Source: Nemertoderma westbladi (Eukaryota > Animalia > Xenacoelomorpha). From it: DNA of 64,000 nucleotides. The position numbers and the translations under genes were made by a program. The stretch covers positions 39,737 to 103,736 of the forward strand of contig JAUCBJ010007236.1 of the NCBI GenBank assembly GCA_032718475.1, written 5' to 3'. Shown here one piece after another: positions 1 through 15,000 of this stretch. Under the pieces are notes generated by a model, which worked only from the letters and a program-made list of their open reading frames with translations, made no database searches and had not been told where the DNA came from. Position 1 is the stretch's first letter, and each line of letters starts with the position of its first letter.

Positions 1-3000
1 TCCTGGTTCCCTACCTCGGTATTTATTCTCCACCCTGGTTCCCTACCTCGGTATTTATTCTCCACTCCTGGTTCCCTACCTCGGTATTTATTATCCACCC
101 TGGTTCCCTACCTCGGTATTTATTCTCCACCCTGGTTCCCTGCCTCGGTATTTATTCTCCACCCTGGTTCCCTACCTCGGTATTTATTCTCCACTCCTGG
201 TTCCCTACCTCGGTATTTATTCTCCACTCTGGTTCCCTACCTCGGTATTTATTCTCCACTCCTGGTTCCCTACCTCGGTATTTATTCTCCACCCTGGTTC
301 CCTACCTCGGTATTTATTCTCCACCCTGGTTCCCTACCTCGGTATTTATTCTCCACTCCTGGTTCCCTACCTCGGTATTTATTCTCCACTCCTGGTTCCC
401 TACCTCGGTATTTATTCTCCACTCCTGGTTCCCTACCTCGGTATTTATTCTCCACTCCTGGTTCCCTACCTCGGTATTTATTCTCCTACGTGGTTCCCTA
501 CCTCGGTATTTATTCTCCACCCTGGTTCCCTACCTCGGTATTTATTCTCCACTCCTGGTTCCCTACCTCGGTATTTATTCTCCTACGTGGTTCCCTACCT
601 CGGTATTTATTCTCCACCCTGGTTCCCTACCTCGGTATTTATTCTCCACCCTGGTTCCCTACCTCGGTATTTATTCTCCACTCCTGGTTCCCTACCTCGG
701 TATTTATTCTCCACCCTGGTTCCCTACCTCGGTATTTATTCTCCACCCTGGTTCCCTACCTCGGTATTTATTCTCCACTCCTGGTTCCCTACCTCGGTAT
801 TTATTCTCCACTCTGGTTCCCTACCTCGGTATTTATTCTCCTACGTGGTTCCCTACCTCGGTATTTATTCTCCACCCTGGTTCCCTACCTCGGTATTTAT
901 TCTCCACCCTGGTTCCCTACCTCGGTATTTATTCTCCACTCCTGGTTCCCTACCTCGGTATTTATTCTCCACTCCTGGTTCCCTACCTCGGTATTTATTC
1001 TCCACTCTGGTTCCCTACCTCGGTATTTATTCTCCACTCTGGTTCCCTACCTCGGTATTTATTCTCCTACGTGGTTCCCTACCTCGGTATTTATTCTCCA
1101 CCCTGGTTCCCTACCTCGGTATTTATTCTCCACTCTGGTTCCCTACCTCGGTATTTATTCTCCACTCCTGGTTCCCTACCTCGGTATTTATTCTCCACTC
1201 TGGTTCCCTACCTCGGTATTTATTCTCCACTCCTGGTTCCCTACCTCGGTATTTATTCTCCACCCTGGTTCCCTACCTCGGTATTTATTCTCCACTCCTG
1301 GTTCCCTACCTCGGTATTTATTCTCCACTCCTGGTTCCCTACCTCGGTATTTATTCTCCACTCTGGTTCCCTACCTCGGTATTTATTCTCCTACCGTGGT
1401 TCCCTACCTCGGTATTTATTCTCCACTCTGGTTCCCTACCTCGGTATTTATTCTCCACTCCTGGTTCCCTACCTCGGTATTTATTCTCCACCCTGGTTCC
1501 CTACCTCGGTATTTATTCTCCACTCCTGGTTCCCTACCTCGGTATTTATTCTCCACTCCTGGTTCCCTACCTCGGTATTTATTCTCCACTCCTGGTTCCC
1601 TACCTCGGTATTTATTCTCCACTCCTGGTTCCCTACCTCGGTATTTATTCTCCACCCTGGTTCCCTACCTCGGTATTTATTCTCCACTCCTGGTTCCCTA
1701 CCTCGGTATTTATTCTCCACTCTGGTTCCCTACCTCGGTATTTATTCTCCACTCTGGTTCCCTACCTCGGTATTTATTCTCCACTCCTGGTTCCTCCTAC
1801 CTCGGTATTTATTCTCCACCCTGGTTCCCTACCTCGGTATTTATTCTCCACCCTGGTTCCCTACCTCGGTATTTATTCTCCTACCTGGTTCCCTACCTCG
1901 GTATTTATTCTCCACCCTGGTTCCCTACCTCGGTATTTATTCTCCACTCTGGTTCCCTACCTCGGTATTTATTCTCCACTCCTGGTTCCCTACCTCGGTA
2001 TTTATTCTCCACCCTGGTTCCCTACCTCGGTATTTATTCTCCACCCTGGTTCCCTACCTCGGTATTTATTCTCCACTCTGGTTCCCTACCTCGGTATTTA
2101 TTCTCCTACCTGGTTCCCTACCTCGGTATTTATTCTCCACTCTGGTTCCCTACCTCGGTATTTATTCTCCACTCCTGGTTCCCTACCTCGGTATTTATTC
2201 TCCACCCTGGTTCCCTACCTCGGTATTTATTCTCCACCCTGGTTCCCTACCTCGGTATTTATTCTCCACTCCTGGTTCCCTACCTCGGTATTTATTCTCC
2301 ACCCTGGTTCCCTACCTCGGTATTTATTCTCCACCCTGGTTCCCTACCTCGGTATTTATTCTCCACTCCTGGTTCCCTACCTCGGTATTTATTCTCCACT
2401 CTGGTTCCCTACCTCGGTATTTATTCTCCACTCCTGGTTCCCTACCTCGGTATTTATTCTCCACCCTGGTTCCCTACCTCGGTATTTATTCTCCACTCCT
2501 GGTTCCCTACCTCGGTATTTATTCTCCACCCTGGTTCCCTACCTCGGTATTTATTCTCCACCCTGGTTCCCTACCTCGGTATTTATTCTCCACCCTGGTT
2601 CCCTACCTCGGTATTTATTCTCCACTCCTGGTTCCCTACCTCGGTATTTATTCTCCACCCTGGTTCCCTACCTCGGTATTTATTCTCCACTCCTGGTTCC
2701 CTACCTCGGTATTTATTCTCCACCCTGGTTCCCTACCTCGGTATTTATTCTCCACCCTGGTTCCCTACCTCGGTATTTATTCTCCACCCTGGTTCCCTAC
2801 CTCGGTATTTATTCTCCACCCTGGTTCCCTACCTCGGTATTTATTCTCCACTCTGGTTCCCTACCTCGGTATTTATTCTCCACTCCTGGTTCCCTACCTC
2901 GGTATTTATTCTCCACCCTGGTTCCCTACCTCGGTATTTATTCTCCACTCCTGGTTCCCTACCTCGGTATTTATTCTCCACTCCTGGTTCCCTACCTCGG

Positions 3001-6000
3001 TATTTATTCTCCACTCCTGGTTCCCTACCTCGGTATTTATTCTCCACCCTGGTTCCCTACCTCGGTATTTATTCTCCACCCTGGTTCCCTACCTCGGTAT
3101 TTATTCTCCACTCTGGTTCCCTACCTCGGTATTTATTCTCCTACCTGGTTCCCTACCTCGGTATTTATTCTCCACCCTGGTTCCCTACCTCGGTATTTAT
3201 TCTCCACTCCTGGTTCCCTACCTCGGTATTTATTCTCCACTCCTGGTTCCCTACCTCGGTATTTATTCTCCACTCCTGGTTCCCTACCTCGGTATTTATT
3301 CTCCACTCTGGTTCCCTACCTCGGTATTTATTCTCCACCCTGGTTCCCTACCTCGGTATTTATTCTCCACTCCTGGTTCCCTACCTCGGTATTTATTCTC
3401 CACCCTGGTTCCCTACCTCGGTATTTATTCTCCACTCCTGGTTCCCTACCTCGGTATTTATTCTCCACTCTGGTTCCCTACCTCGGTATTTATTCTCCTA
3501 CCTGGTTCCCTACCTCGGTATTTATTCTCCACCCTGGTTCCCTACCTCGGTATTTATTCTCCACCCTGGTTCCCTACCTCGGTATTTATTCTCCACCCTG
3601 GTTCCCTACCTCGGTATTTATTCTCCACCCTGGTTCCCTACCTCGGTATTTATTCTCCACCCTGGTTCCCTACCTCGGTATTTATTCTCCACCCTGGTTC
3701 CCTACCTCGGTATTTATTCTCCACCCTGGTTCCCTACCTCGGTATTTATTCTCCACTCCTGGTTCCCTACCTCGGTATTTATTCTCCTACGTGGTTCCCT
3801 ACCTCGGTATTTATTCTCCACCCTGGTTCCCTACCTCGGTATTTATTCTCCACTCTGGTTCCCTACCTCGGTATTTATTCCCCACCCTGGTTCCCTACCT
3901 CGGTATTTATTCTCCACCCTGGTTCCCTACCTCGGTATTTATTCTCCACTCCTGGTTCCCTACCTCGGTATTTATTCTCCACCCTGGTTCCCTACCTCGG
4001 TATTTATTCTCCACCCTGGTTCCCTACCTCGGTATTTATTCTCCACTCCTGGTTCCCTACCTCGGTATTTATTCTCCACCCTGGTTCCCTACCTCGGTAT
4101 TTATTCTCCACCCTGGTTCCCTACCTCGGTATTTATTCTCCACCTGGTTCCCTACCTCGGTATTTATTCTCCACCTGGTTCCCTACCTCGGTATTTATTC
4201 TCCACCCTGGTTCCCTACCTCGGTATTTATTCTCCACTCTGGTTCCCTACCTCGGTATTTATTCTCCACTCTGGTTCCCTACCTCGGTATTTATTCTCCA
4301 CCCTGGTTCCCTACCTCGGTATTTATTCTCCACTCCTGGTTCCCTACCTCGGTATTTATTCTCCACTCCTGGTTCCCTACCTCGGTATTTATTCTCCACC
4401 CTGGTTCCCTACCTCGGTATTTATTCTCCACTCTGGTTCCCTACCTCGGTATTTATTCTCCACCCTGGTTCCCTACCTCGGTATTTATTCTCCACTCCTG
4501 GTTCCCTACCTCGGTATTTATTCTCCACTCCTGGTTCCCTACCTCGGTATTTATTCTCCACCCTGGTTCCCTACCTCGGTATTTATTCTCCACTCCTGGT
4601 TCCCTACCTCGGTATTTATTCTCCACCCTGGTTCCCTACCTCGGTATTTATTCTCCACCCTGGTTCCCTACCTCGGTATTTATTCTCCTACCTGGTTCCC
4701 TACCTCGGTATTTATTCTCCACGCTGGTTCCCTACCTCGGTATTTATTCTCCACCCTGGTTCCCTACCTCGGTATTTATTCTCCACTCCTGGTTCCCTAC
4801 CTCGGTATTTATTCTCCACTCTGGTTCCCTACCTCGGTATTTATTCTCCACCCTGGTTCCCTACCTCGGTATTTATTCTCCACTCCTGGTTCCCTACCTC
4901 GGTATTTATTCTCCACTCCTGGTTCCCTACCTCGGTATTTATTCTCCACCCTGGTTCCCTACCTCGGTATTTATTCTCCACTCTGGTTCCCTACCTCGGT
5001 ATTTATTCTCCACCCTGGTTCCCTACCTCGGTATTTATTCTCCACTCCTGGTTCCCTACCTCGGTATTTATTCTCCACTCCTGGTTCCCTACCTCGGTAT
5101 TTATTCTCCACCCTGGTTCCCTACCTCGGTATTTATTCTCCACCCTGGTTCCCTACCTCGGTATTTATTCTCCACTCTGGTTCCCTACCTCGGTATTTAT
5201 TCTCCACTCTGGTTCCCTACCTCGGTATTTATTCTCCACCCTGGTTCCCTACCTCGGTATTTATTCTCCACTCCTGGTTCCCTACCTCGGTATTTATTCT
5301 CCACTCTGGTTCCCTACCTCGGTATTTATTCTCCACCCTGGTTCCCTACCTCGGTATTTATTCTCCACTCCTGGTTCCCTACCTCGGTATTTATTCTCCA
5401 CCCTGGTTCCCTACCTCGGTATTTATTCTCCACCCTGGTTCCCTACCTCGGTATTTATTCTCCTACGCTGGTTCCCTACCTCGGTATTTATTCTCCTACG
5501 TGGTTCCCTACCTCGGTATTTATTCTCCACCCTGGTTCCCTACCTCGGTATTTATTCTCCACTCTGGTTCCCTACCTCGGTATTTATTCTCCACTCTGGT
5601 TCCCTACCTCGGTATTTATTCTCCACCCTGGTTCCCTACCTCGGTATTTATTCTCCACTCCTGGTTCCCTACCTCGGTATTTATTCTCCACTCCTGGTTC
5701 CCTACCTCGGTATTTATTCTCCACTCCTGGTTCCCTACCTCGGTATTTATTCTCCACCCTGGTTCCCTACCTCGGTATTTATTCTCCACCCTGGTTCCCT
5801 ACCTCGGTATTTATTCTCCTACGTGGTTCCCTACCTCGGTATTTATTCTCCTTCGTGGTTCCCTACCTCGGTATTTATTCTCCACTCCTGGTTCCCTACC
5901 TCGGTATTTATTCTCCACCCTCGTTCCCTACCTCGGTATTTATTCTCCTACGTGGTTCCCTACCTCGGTATTTATTCTCCTACGTGGTTCCCTACCTCGG

Positions 6001-9000
6001 TATTTATTCTCCACTCTGGTTCCCTACCTCGGTATTTATTCTCCACTCCTGGTTCCCTACCTCGGTATTTATTCTCCACCCTGGTTCCCTACCTCGGTAT
6101 TTATTCTCCACTCCTGGTTCCCTACCTCGGTATTTATTCTCCACCTTGGTTCCCTACCTCGGTATTTATTCTCCTACGTGGTTCCCTACCTCGGTATTTA
6201 TTCTCCACCCTGGTTCCCTACCTCGGTATTTATCCTCCACCCTGGTTCCCTACCTCGGTATTTATTCTCCACCCTGGTTCCCTACCTCGGTATTTATTCT
6301 CCTACCTGGTTCCCTACCTCGGTATTTATTCTCCACCCTGGTTCCCTACCTCGGTATTCATTCTCCACCCTGGTTCCCTGCCTCGGTATTTATTCTCCAC
6401 TCCTGGTTCCCTCCTACCTCGGTATTTATTCTCCACCCTGGTTCCCTACCTCGGTATTTATTCTCCACCCTGGTTCCCTCCTACCTCGGTATTTATTCTC
6501 CACTCCTGGTTCCCTCCTACCTCGGTATTTATTCTCCACCCTGGTTCCCTACCTCGGTATTTATTCTCCACTCTGGTTCCCTACCTCGGTATTTATTCTC
6601 CTACGTGGTTCCCTACCTCGGTATTTATTCTCCACTCTGGTTCCCTCCTACCTCGGTATTTATTCTCCACCCTGGTTCCCTACCTCGGTATTTATTCTCC
6701 ACTCCTGGTTCCCTACCTCGGTATTTATTATCCACCCTGGTTCCCTACCTCGGTATTTATTCTCCACCCTGGTTCCCTGCCTCGGTATTTATTCTCCACC
6801 CTGGTTCCCTACCTCGGTATTTATTCTCCACTCCTGGTTCCCTACCTCGGTATTTATTCTCCACTCTGGTTCCCTACCTCGGTATTTATTCTCCACTCCT
6901 GGTTCCCTACCTCGGTATTTATTCTCCACCCTGGTTCCCTACCTCGGTATTTATTCTCCACCCTGGTTCCCTACCTCGGTATTTATTCTCCACTCCTGGT
7001 TCCCTACCTCGGTATTTATTCTCCACTCCTGGTTCCCTACCTCGGTATTTATTCTCCACTCCTGGTTCCCTACCTCGGTATTTATTCTCCACTCCTGGTT
7101 CCCTACCTCGGTATTTATTCTCCTACGTGGTTCCCTACCTCGGTATTTATTCTCCACCCTGGTTCCCTACCTCGGTATTTATTCTCCACTCCTGGTTCCC
7201 TACCTCGGTATTTATTCTCCACTCCTGGTTCCCTACCTCGGTATTTATTCTCCACTCCTGGTTCCCTACCTCGGTATTTATTCTCCACTCCTGGTTCCCT
7301 ACCTCGGTATTTATTCTCCACTCTGGTTCCCTACCACGGTATTTATTCTCCACTCCTGGTTCCCTACCACGGTATTTATTCTCCACTCCTGGTTCCCTAC
7401 CTCGGTATTTATTCTCCTACGTGGTTCCCTACCTCGGTATTTATTCTCCACCCTGGTTCCCTACCTCGGTATTTATTCTCCACTCTGGTTCCCTACCACG
7501 GTATTTATTCTCCACTCCTGGTTCCCTACCTCGGTATTTATTCTCCTACGTGGTTCCCTACCTCGGTATTTATTCTCCACCCTGGTTCCCTACCTCGGTA
7601 TTTATCCTCCACTCCTGGTTCCCTACCTCGGTATTTATTCTCCACCCTGGTTCCCTACCTCGGTATTTATTCTCCTACGTGGTTCCCTACCTCGGTATTT
7701 ATTCTCCACCCTGGTTCCCTACCTCGGTATTTATTCTCCACCCTGGTTCCCTACCTCGGTATTTATTCTCCACTCCTGGTTCCCTACCTCGGTATTTATT
7801 CTCCTACGTGGTTCCCTACCTCGGTATTTATTCTCCACCCTGGTTCCCTACCTCGGTATTTATTCTCCACCCTGGTTCCCTACCTCGGTATTTATTCTCC
7901 ACTCCTGGTTCCCTACCTCGGTATTTATTCTCCTACGTGGTTCCCTACCTCGGTATTTATTCTCCACCCTGGTTCCCTACCTCGGTATTTATTCTCCTAC
8001 GTGGTTCCCTACCTCGGTATTTATTCTCCACCCTGGTTCCCTACCTCGGTATTTATTCTCCACTCCTGGTTCCCTACCTCGGTATTTATTCTCCACCCTG
8101 GTTCCCTACCTCGGTATTTATTCTCCACCCTGGTTCCCTACCTCGGCATTTATTCTCCTACGTGGTTCCCTACCTCGGTATTTATTCTCCACCCTGGTTC
8201 CCTACCTCGGTATTTATTCTCCACCCTGGTTCCCTACCTCGGTATTTATTCTCCACCCTGGTTCCCTACCTCGGTATTTATTCTCCACTCCTGGTTCCCT
8301 ACCTCGGTATTTATTCTCCTACGTGGTTCCCTACCTCGGTATTTATTCTCCACCCTGGTTCCCTACCTCGGTATTTATTCTCCACCCTGGTTCCCTACCT
8401 CGGTATTTATTCTCCACTCCTGGTTCCCTACCTCGGTATTTATTCTCCACTCCTGGTTCCCTACCTCGGTATTTATTCTCCACTCCTGGTTCCCTACCTC
8501 GGTATTTATTCTCCTACGTGGTTCCCTACCTCGGTATTTATTCTCCACCCTGGTTCCCTACCTCGGTATTTATTCTCCACCCTGGTTCCCTACCTCGGTA
8601 TTTATTCTCCACTCCTGGTTCCCTACCTCGGTATTTATTCTCCTACGTGGTTCCCTACCTCGGTATTTATTCTCCACCCTGGTTCCCTACCTCGGTATTT
8701 ATTCTCCTACGTGGTTCCCTACCTCGGTATTTATTCTCCACCCTGGTTCCCTACCTCGGTATTTATTCTCCACCCTGGTTCCCTACCTCGGTATTTATTC
8801 TCCACCCTGGTTCCCTACCTCGGAATTTATCCTCCACTCCTGGTTCCCTACCTCGGTATTTATTCTCCACTCCTGGTTCCCTACCTCGGTATTTATTCTC
8901 CACCCTGGTTCCCTACCTCGGTATTTATTCTCCACCCTGGTTCCCTACCTCGGTATTTATTCTCCACTCCTGGTTCCCTACCTCGGTATTTATTCTCCTA

Positions 9001-12000
9001 CGTGGTTCCCTACCTCGGTATTTATTCTCCACCCTGGTTCCCTACCTCGGTATTTATTCTCCACTCCTGGTTCCCTACCTCGGTATTTATTCTCCTACGT
9101 GGTTCCCTACCTCGGTATTTATTCTCCACTCTGGTTCCCTACCTCGGTATTTATTCTCCACTCTGGTTCCCTACCTCGGTATTTATTCTCCACTCTGGTT
9201 CCCTACCTCGGTATTTATTCTCCACCCTGGTTCCCTACCTCGGTATTTATTCTCCACCCTGGTTCCCTACCTCGGTATTTATTCTCCTACGTGGTTCCCT
9301 ACCTCGGTATTTATTCTCCACCCTGGTTCCCTACCTCGGTATTTATTCTCCACCCTGGTTCCCTACCTCGGTATTTATTCTCCACCCTGGTTCCCTACCT
9401 CGGTATTAATTCTCCACTCATGGTTCCCTACCTCGGTATTTATTCTCCACCCTGGTTCCCTACCTCGGTATTTATTCTCCACCCTGGTTCCCTACCTCGG
9501 AATTTATCCTCCACTCCTGGTTCCCTACCTCGGTATTTATTCTCCACTCCTGGTTCCCTACCTCGGTATTTATTCTCCACCCTGGTTCCCTACCTCGGTA
9601 TTTATTCTCCACCCTGGTTCCCTACCTCGGTATTTATTCTCCACTCCTGGTTCCCTACCTCGGTATTTATTCTCCTACGTGGTTCCCTACCTCGGTATTT
9701 ATTCTCCACCCTGGTTCCCTACCTCGGTATCTATTCTCCACCCTGGTTCCCTACCTCGGTATTTATTCTCCTACGTGGTTCCCTACCTCGGTATTTATTC
9801 TCCACTCTGGTTCCCTACCTCGGTATTTATTCTCCACTCTGGTTCCCTACCTCGGTATTTATTCTCCACTCTGGTTCCCTACCTCGGTATTTATTCTCCA
9901 CCCTGGTTCCCTACCTCGGTATTTATTCTCCACCCTGGTTCCCTACCTCGGTATTTATTCTCCTACGTGGTTCCCTACCTCGGTATTTATTCTCCACCCT
10001 GGTTCCCTACCTCGGTATTTATTCTCCACCCTGGTTCCCTACCTCGGTATTTATTCTCCACCCTGGTTCCCTACCTCGGTATTTATTCTCCACTCATGGT
10101 TCCCTACCTCGGTATTTATTCTCCACCCTGGCTCCCTACCTCGGTATTTATTCTCCACCCTGGTTCCCTACCTCGGAATTTATCCTCCACTCCTGGTTCC
10201 CTACCTCGGTATTTATTCTCCACTCCTGGTTCCCTACCTCGGTATTTATTCTCCACCCTGGTTCCCTACCTCGGTATTTATTCTCCACCCTGGTTCCCTA
10301 CCTCGGTATTTATTCTCCACTCCTGGTTCCCTACCTCGGTATTTATTCTCCTACGTGGTTCCCTACCTCGGTATTTATTCTCCACCCTGGTTCCCTACCT
10401 CGGTATTTATTCTCCACCCTGGTTCCCTACCTCGGTATTTATTCTCCTACGTGGTTCCCTACCTCGGTATTTATTCTCCACCCTGGTTCCCTACCTCGGT
10501 ATTTATTCCCCACCCTGGTTCCCTACCTCGGTATTTATTCTCCACCCTGGTTCCCTACCTCGGTATTTATTCTCCACTCCTGGTTCCCTACCTCGGTATT
10601 TATTCTCCTACGTGGTTCCCTACCTCGGTATTTATTCTCCACTCCTGGTTCCCTACCTCGGTATTTATTCTCCACTCCTGGTTCCCTACCTCGGTATTTA
10701 TTCTCCTACGTGGTTCCCTACCTCGGTATTTATTCTCCACTCCTGGTTCCCTACCTCGGTATTTATTCTCCACTCCTGGTTCCCTACCTCGGTATTTATT
10801 CTCCACTCCTGGTTCCCTACCTCGTTATTTATTCTCCTACGTGGTTCCCTACCTCGGTATTTATTCTCCACTCTGGTTCCCTACCTCGGTATTTATTCTC
10901 CACCCTGGTTCCCTACCTCGGTATTTATTCTCCACCCTGGTTCCCTACCTCGGTATTTATTCTCCACCCTGGTTCCCTACCTCGGTATTTATTCTCCACC
11001 CTGGTTCCCTACCTCGGTATTTATTCTCCACTCCTGGTTCCCTACCTCGGTATTTATTCTCCTACGTGGTTCCCTACCTCGGTATTTATTCTCCACCCTG
11101 GTTCCCTACCTCGGTATTTATTCTCCACTCCTGGTTCCCTACCTCGGTATTTATTCTCCTACGTGGTTCCCTACCTCGGTATTTATTCTCCACCCTGGTT
11201 CCCTCCTACCTCGGTATTTATTCTCCACCCTGGTTCCCTCCTACCTCGGTATTTATTCTCCACCCTGGTTCCCTACCTCGGTATTTATTCTCCACTCCTG
11301 GTTCCCTACCTCGGTATTTATTCTCCTACGTGGTTCCCTACCTCGGTATTTATTCTCCACCCTGGTTCCCTACCTCGGTATTTATTCTCCACCCTGGTTC
11401 CCTACCTCGGTATTTATTCTCCACCCTGGTTCCCTACCTCGGTATTTATTCTCCTACGTGGTTCCCTACCTCGGTATTTATTCTCCACCCTGGTTCCCTA
11501 CCTCGGTATTTATTCTCCACCCTGGTTCCCTCCTACCTCGGTATTTATTCTCCACCCTGGTTCCCTCCTACCTCGGTATTTATTCTCCACCCTGGTTCCC
11601 TACCTCGGTATTTATTCTCCACACCTGGTTCCCTACCTCGGTATTTATTCTCCACCCTGGTTCCCTACCTCGGTATTTATTATCCACCCTGGTTCCCTAC
11701 CTCGGTATTTATTCTCCACTCCTGGTTCCCTACCTCGGTATTTATTCTCCACCCTGGTTCCCTACCTCGGTATTTATACTCCACCCTGGTTCCCTATCTC
11801 GGTATTTATTCTCCACCCTGGTTCCCTCCTACCTCGGTATTTATTCTCCACTCTGGTTCCCTACCTCGGTATTTATTCTCCTACGTGGTTCCCTACCTCG
11901 GTATTTATTCTCCACTCTGGTTCCCTACCTCGGTATTTATTCTCCTACGTGGTTCCCTACCTCGGTATTTATTCTCCACTCTGGTTCCCTACCTCGGTAT

Positions 12001-15000
12001 TTATTCTCCACTCTGGTTCCCTACCTCGGTATTTATTCTCCTACGTGGTTCCCTACCTCGGTATTTATTCTCCACTCTGGTTCCCTACCTCGGTATTTAT
12101 TCTCCACTCCTGGTTCCCTACCTCGGTATTTATTCTCCACTCCTGGTTCCCTACCTCGGTATTTATTCTCCACTCCTGGTTCCCTACCTCGGTATTTATT
12201 CTCCTACGTGGTTCCCTACCTCGGTATTTATTCTCCTACGTGGTTCCCTACCTCGGTATTTATTCTCCACTCCTGGTTCCCTACCTCGGTATTTATTCTC
12301 CACTCCTGGTTCCCTACCTCGGTATTTATTCTCCTACGTGGTTCCCTACCTCGGTATTTATTCTCCTACGTGGTTCCCTACCTCGGTATTTATTCTCCAC
12401 TCCTGGTTCCCTACCTCGGTATTTATTCTCCACTCCTGGTTCCCTACCTCGGTATTTATTCTCCTACGTGGTTCCCTACCTCGGTATTTATTCTCCTACG
12501 TGGTTCCCTACCTCGGTATTTATTCTCCACTCCTGGTTCCCTACCTCGGTATTTATTCTCCACTCCTGGTTCCCTACCTCGGTATTTATTCTCCTACGTG
12601 GTTCCCTACCTCGGTATTTATTCTCCTACGTGGTTCCCTACCTCGGTATTTATTCTCCACTCCTGGTTCCCTACCTCGGTATTTATTCTCCACTCCTGGT
12701 TCCCTACCTCGGTATTTATTCTCCACTCCTGGTTCCCTACCTCGGTATTTATTCTCCTACGTGGTTCCCTACCTCGGTATTTATTCTCCACTCTGGTTCC
12801 ATATCTCGGTATTTATTCTCCACCCTGGTTCCCTACCTCGGTATTTATTCTCCACCCTGGTTCCCTACCTCGGTATTTATTCTCCACTCCTGGTTCCCTA
12901 CCTCGGTATTTATTCTCCACTCCTGGTTCCCTACCTCGGTATTTATTCTCCACTCCTGGTTCCCTACCTCGGTATTTATTCTCCTACGTGGTTCCCTACC
13001 TCGGTATTTATTCTCCTACGTGGTTCCCTACCTCGGTATTTATTCTCCACCCTGGTTCCCTACCTCGGTATTTATTCTCCACTCCTGGTTCCCTACCTCG
13101 GTATTTATTCTCCACCCTGGTTCCCTACGTCGGTATTTATTCTCCTACGTGGTTCCCTACCTCGGTATTTATTCTCCTACGTGGTTCCCTACCTCGGTAT
13201 TTATTCTCCACCCTGGTTCCCTACCTCGGTATTTATTCTCCACTCCTGGTTCCCTACCTCGGTATTTATTCTCCACTCTGGTTCCCTACCTCGGTATTTA
13301 TTCTCCTTCGTGGTTCCCTACCTCGGTATTTATTCTCCACTCTGGTTCCCTACCTCGGTATTTATTCTCCACTCCTGGTTCCCTACGTCGGTATTTATTC
13401 TCCTACGTGGTTCCCTACCTCGGTATTTATTCTCCTACGTGGTTCCCTACCTCGGTATTTATTCTCCACTCTGGTTCCCTACCTCGGTATTTATTCTCCA
13501 CTCTGGTTCCCTACCTCGGTATTTATTCTCCTACGTGGTTCCCTACCTCGGTATTTATTCTCCTACGTGGTTCCCTACCTCGGTATTTATTCTCCACTCT
13601 GGTTCCCTCCTACCTCGGTATTTATTCTCCACTCCTGGTTCCCTCCTACCTCGGTATTTATTCTCCACTCTGGTTCCCTACCTCGGTATTTATTCTCCAC
13701 TCCTGGTTCCCTCCTACCTCGGTATTTATTCTCCACCCTGGTTCCCTACCTCGGTATTTATTCTCCACCCTGGTTCCCTACCTCGGTATTTATTCTCCAC
13801 TCCTGGTTCCCTACCTCGGTATTTATTCTCCACTTTGGTTCCCTACCTCGGTATTTATTCTCCACCCTGGTTCCCTACCTCGGTATTTATTCTCCACTCC
13901 TGGTTCCCTACCTCGGTATTTATTCTCCACTCTGGTTCCCTACCTCGGTATTTATTCTCCTTCGTGGTTCCCTACCTCGGTATTTATTCTCCACTCTGGT
14001 TCCCTACCTCGGTATTTATTCTCCACTCCTGGTTCCCTACGTCGGTATTTATTCTCCTACGTGGTTCCCTACCTCGGTATTTATTCTCCTACGTGGTTCC
14101 CTACCTCGGTATTTATTCTCCACTCTGGTTCCCTACCTCGGTATTTATTCTCCACTCTGGTTCCCTACCTCGGTATTTATTCTCCTACGTGGTTCCCTAC
14201 CTCGGTATTTATTCTCCTACGTGGTTCCCTACCTCGGTATTTATTCTCCACCCTGGTTCCCTACCTCGGTATTTATTCTCCACTCTGGTTCCCTACCTCG
14301 GTATTTATTCTCCTACGTGGTTCCCTACCTCGGTATTTATTCTCCACCCTGGTTCCCTACCTCGGTATTTATTCTCCACCCTGGTTCCCTACCTCGGTAT
14401 TTATTCTCCACTCATGGTTCCCTACCTCGGTATTTCTTCTCCACTCTGGTTCCCTACCTCGGTATTTATTCTCCACTCCTGGTTCCCTACCTCGGTATTT
14501 ATTCTCCACTCCTGGTTCCCTACCTCGGTATTTATTCTCCTACGTGGTTCCCTACCTCGGTATTTATTCTCCACCCTGGTTCCCTACCTCGGTATTTATT
14601 CTCCACTCCTGGTTCCCTACCTCGGTATTTATTCTCCTACGTGGTTCCCTACCTCGGTATTTATTCTCCACCCTGGTTCCCTACCTCGGTATTTATTCTC
14701 CACTCCTGGTTCCCTACCTCGGTATTTATTCTCCACCCTGGTTCCCTACCTCGGTATTTATTCTCCACTCCTGGTTCCCTACCTCGGTATTTATTCTCCT
14801 ACGTGGTTCCCTACCTCGGTATTTATTCTCCACCCTGGTTCCCTACCTCGGTATTTATTCTCCACTCCTGGTTCCCTACCTCGGTATTTATTCTCCTACG
14901 TGGTTCCCTACCTCGGTATTTATTCTCCACCCTGGTTCCCTACCTCGGTATTTATTCTCCACCCTGGTTCCCTACCTCGGTATTTATTCTCCACTCCTGG

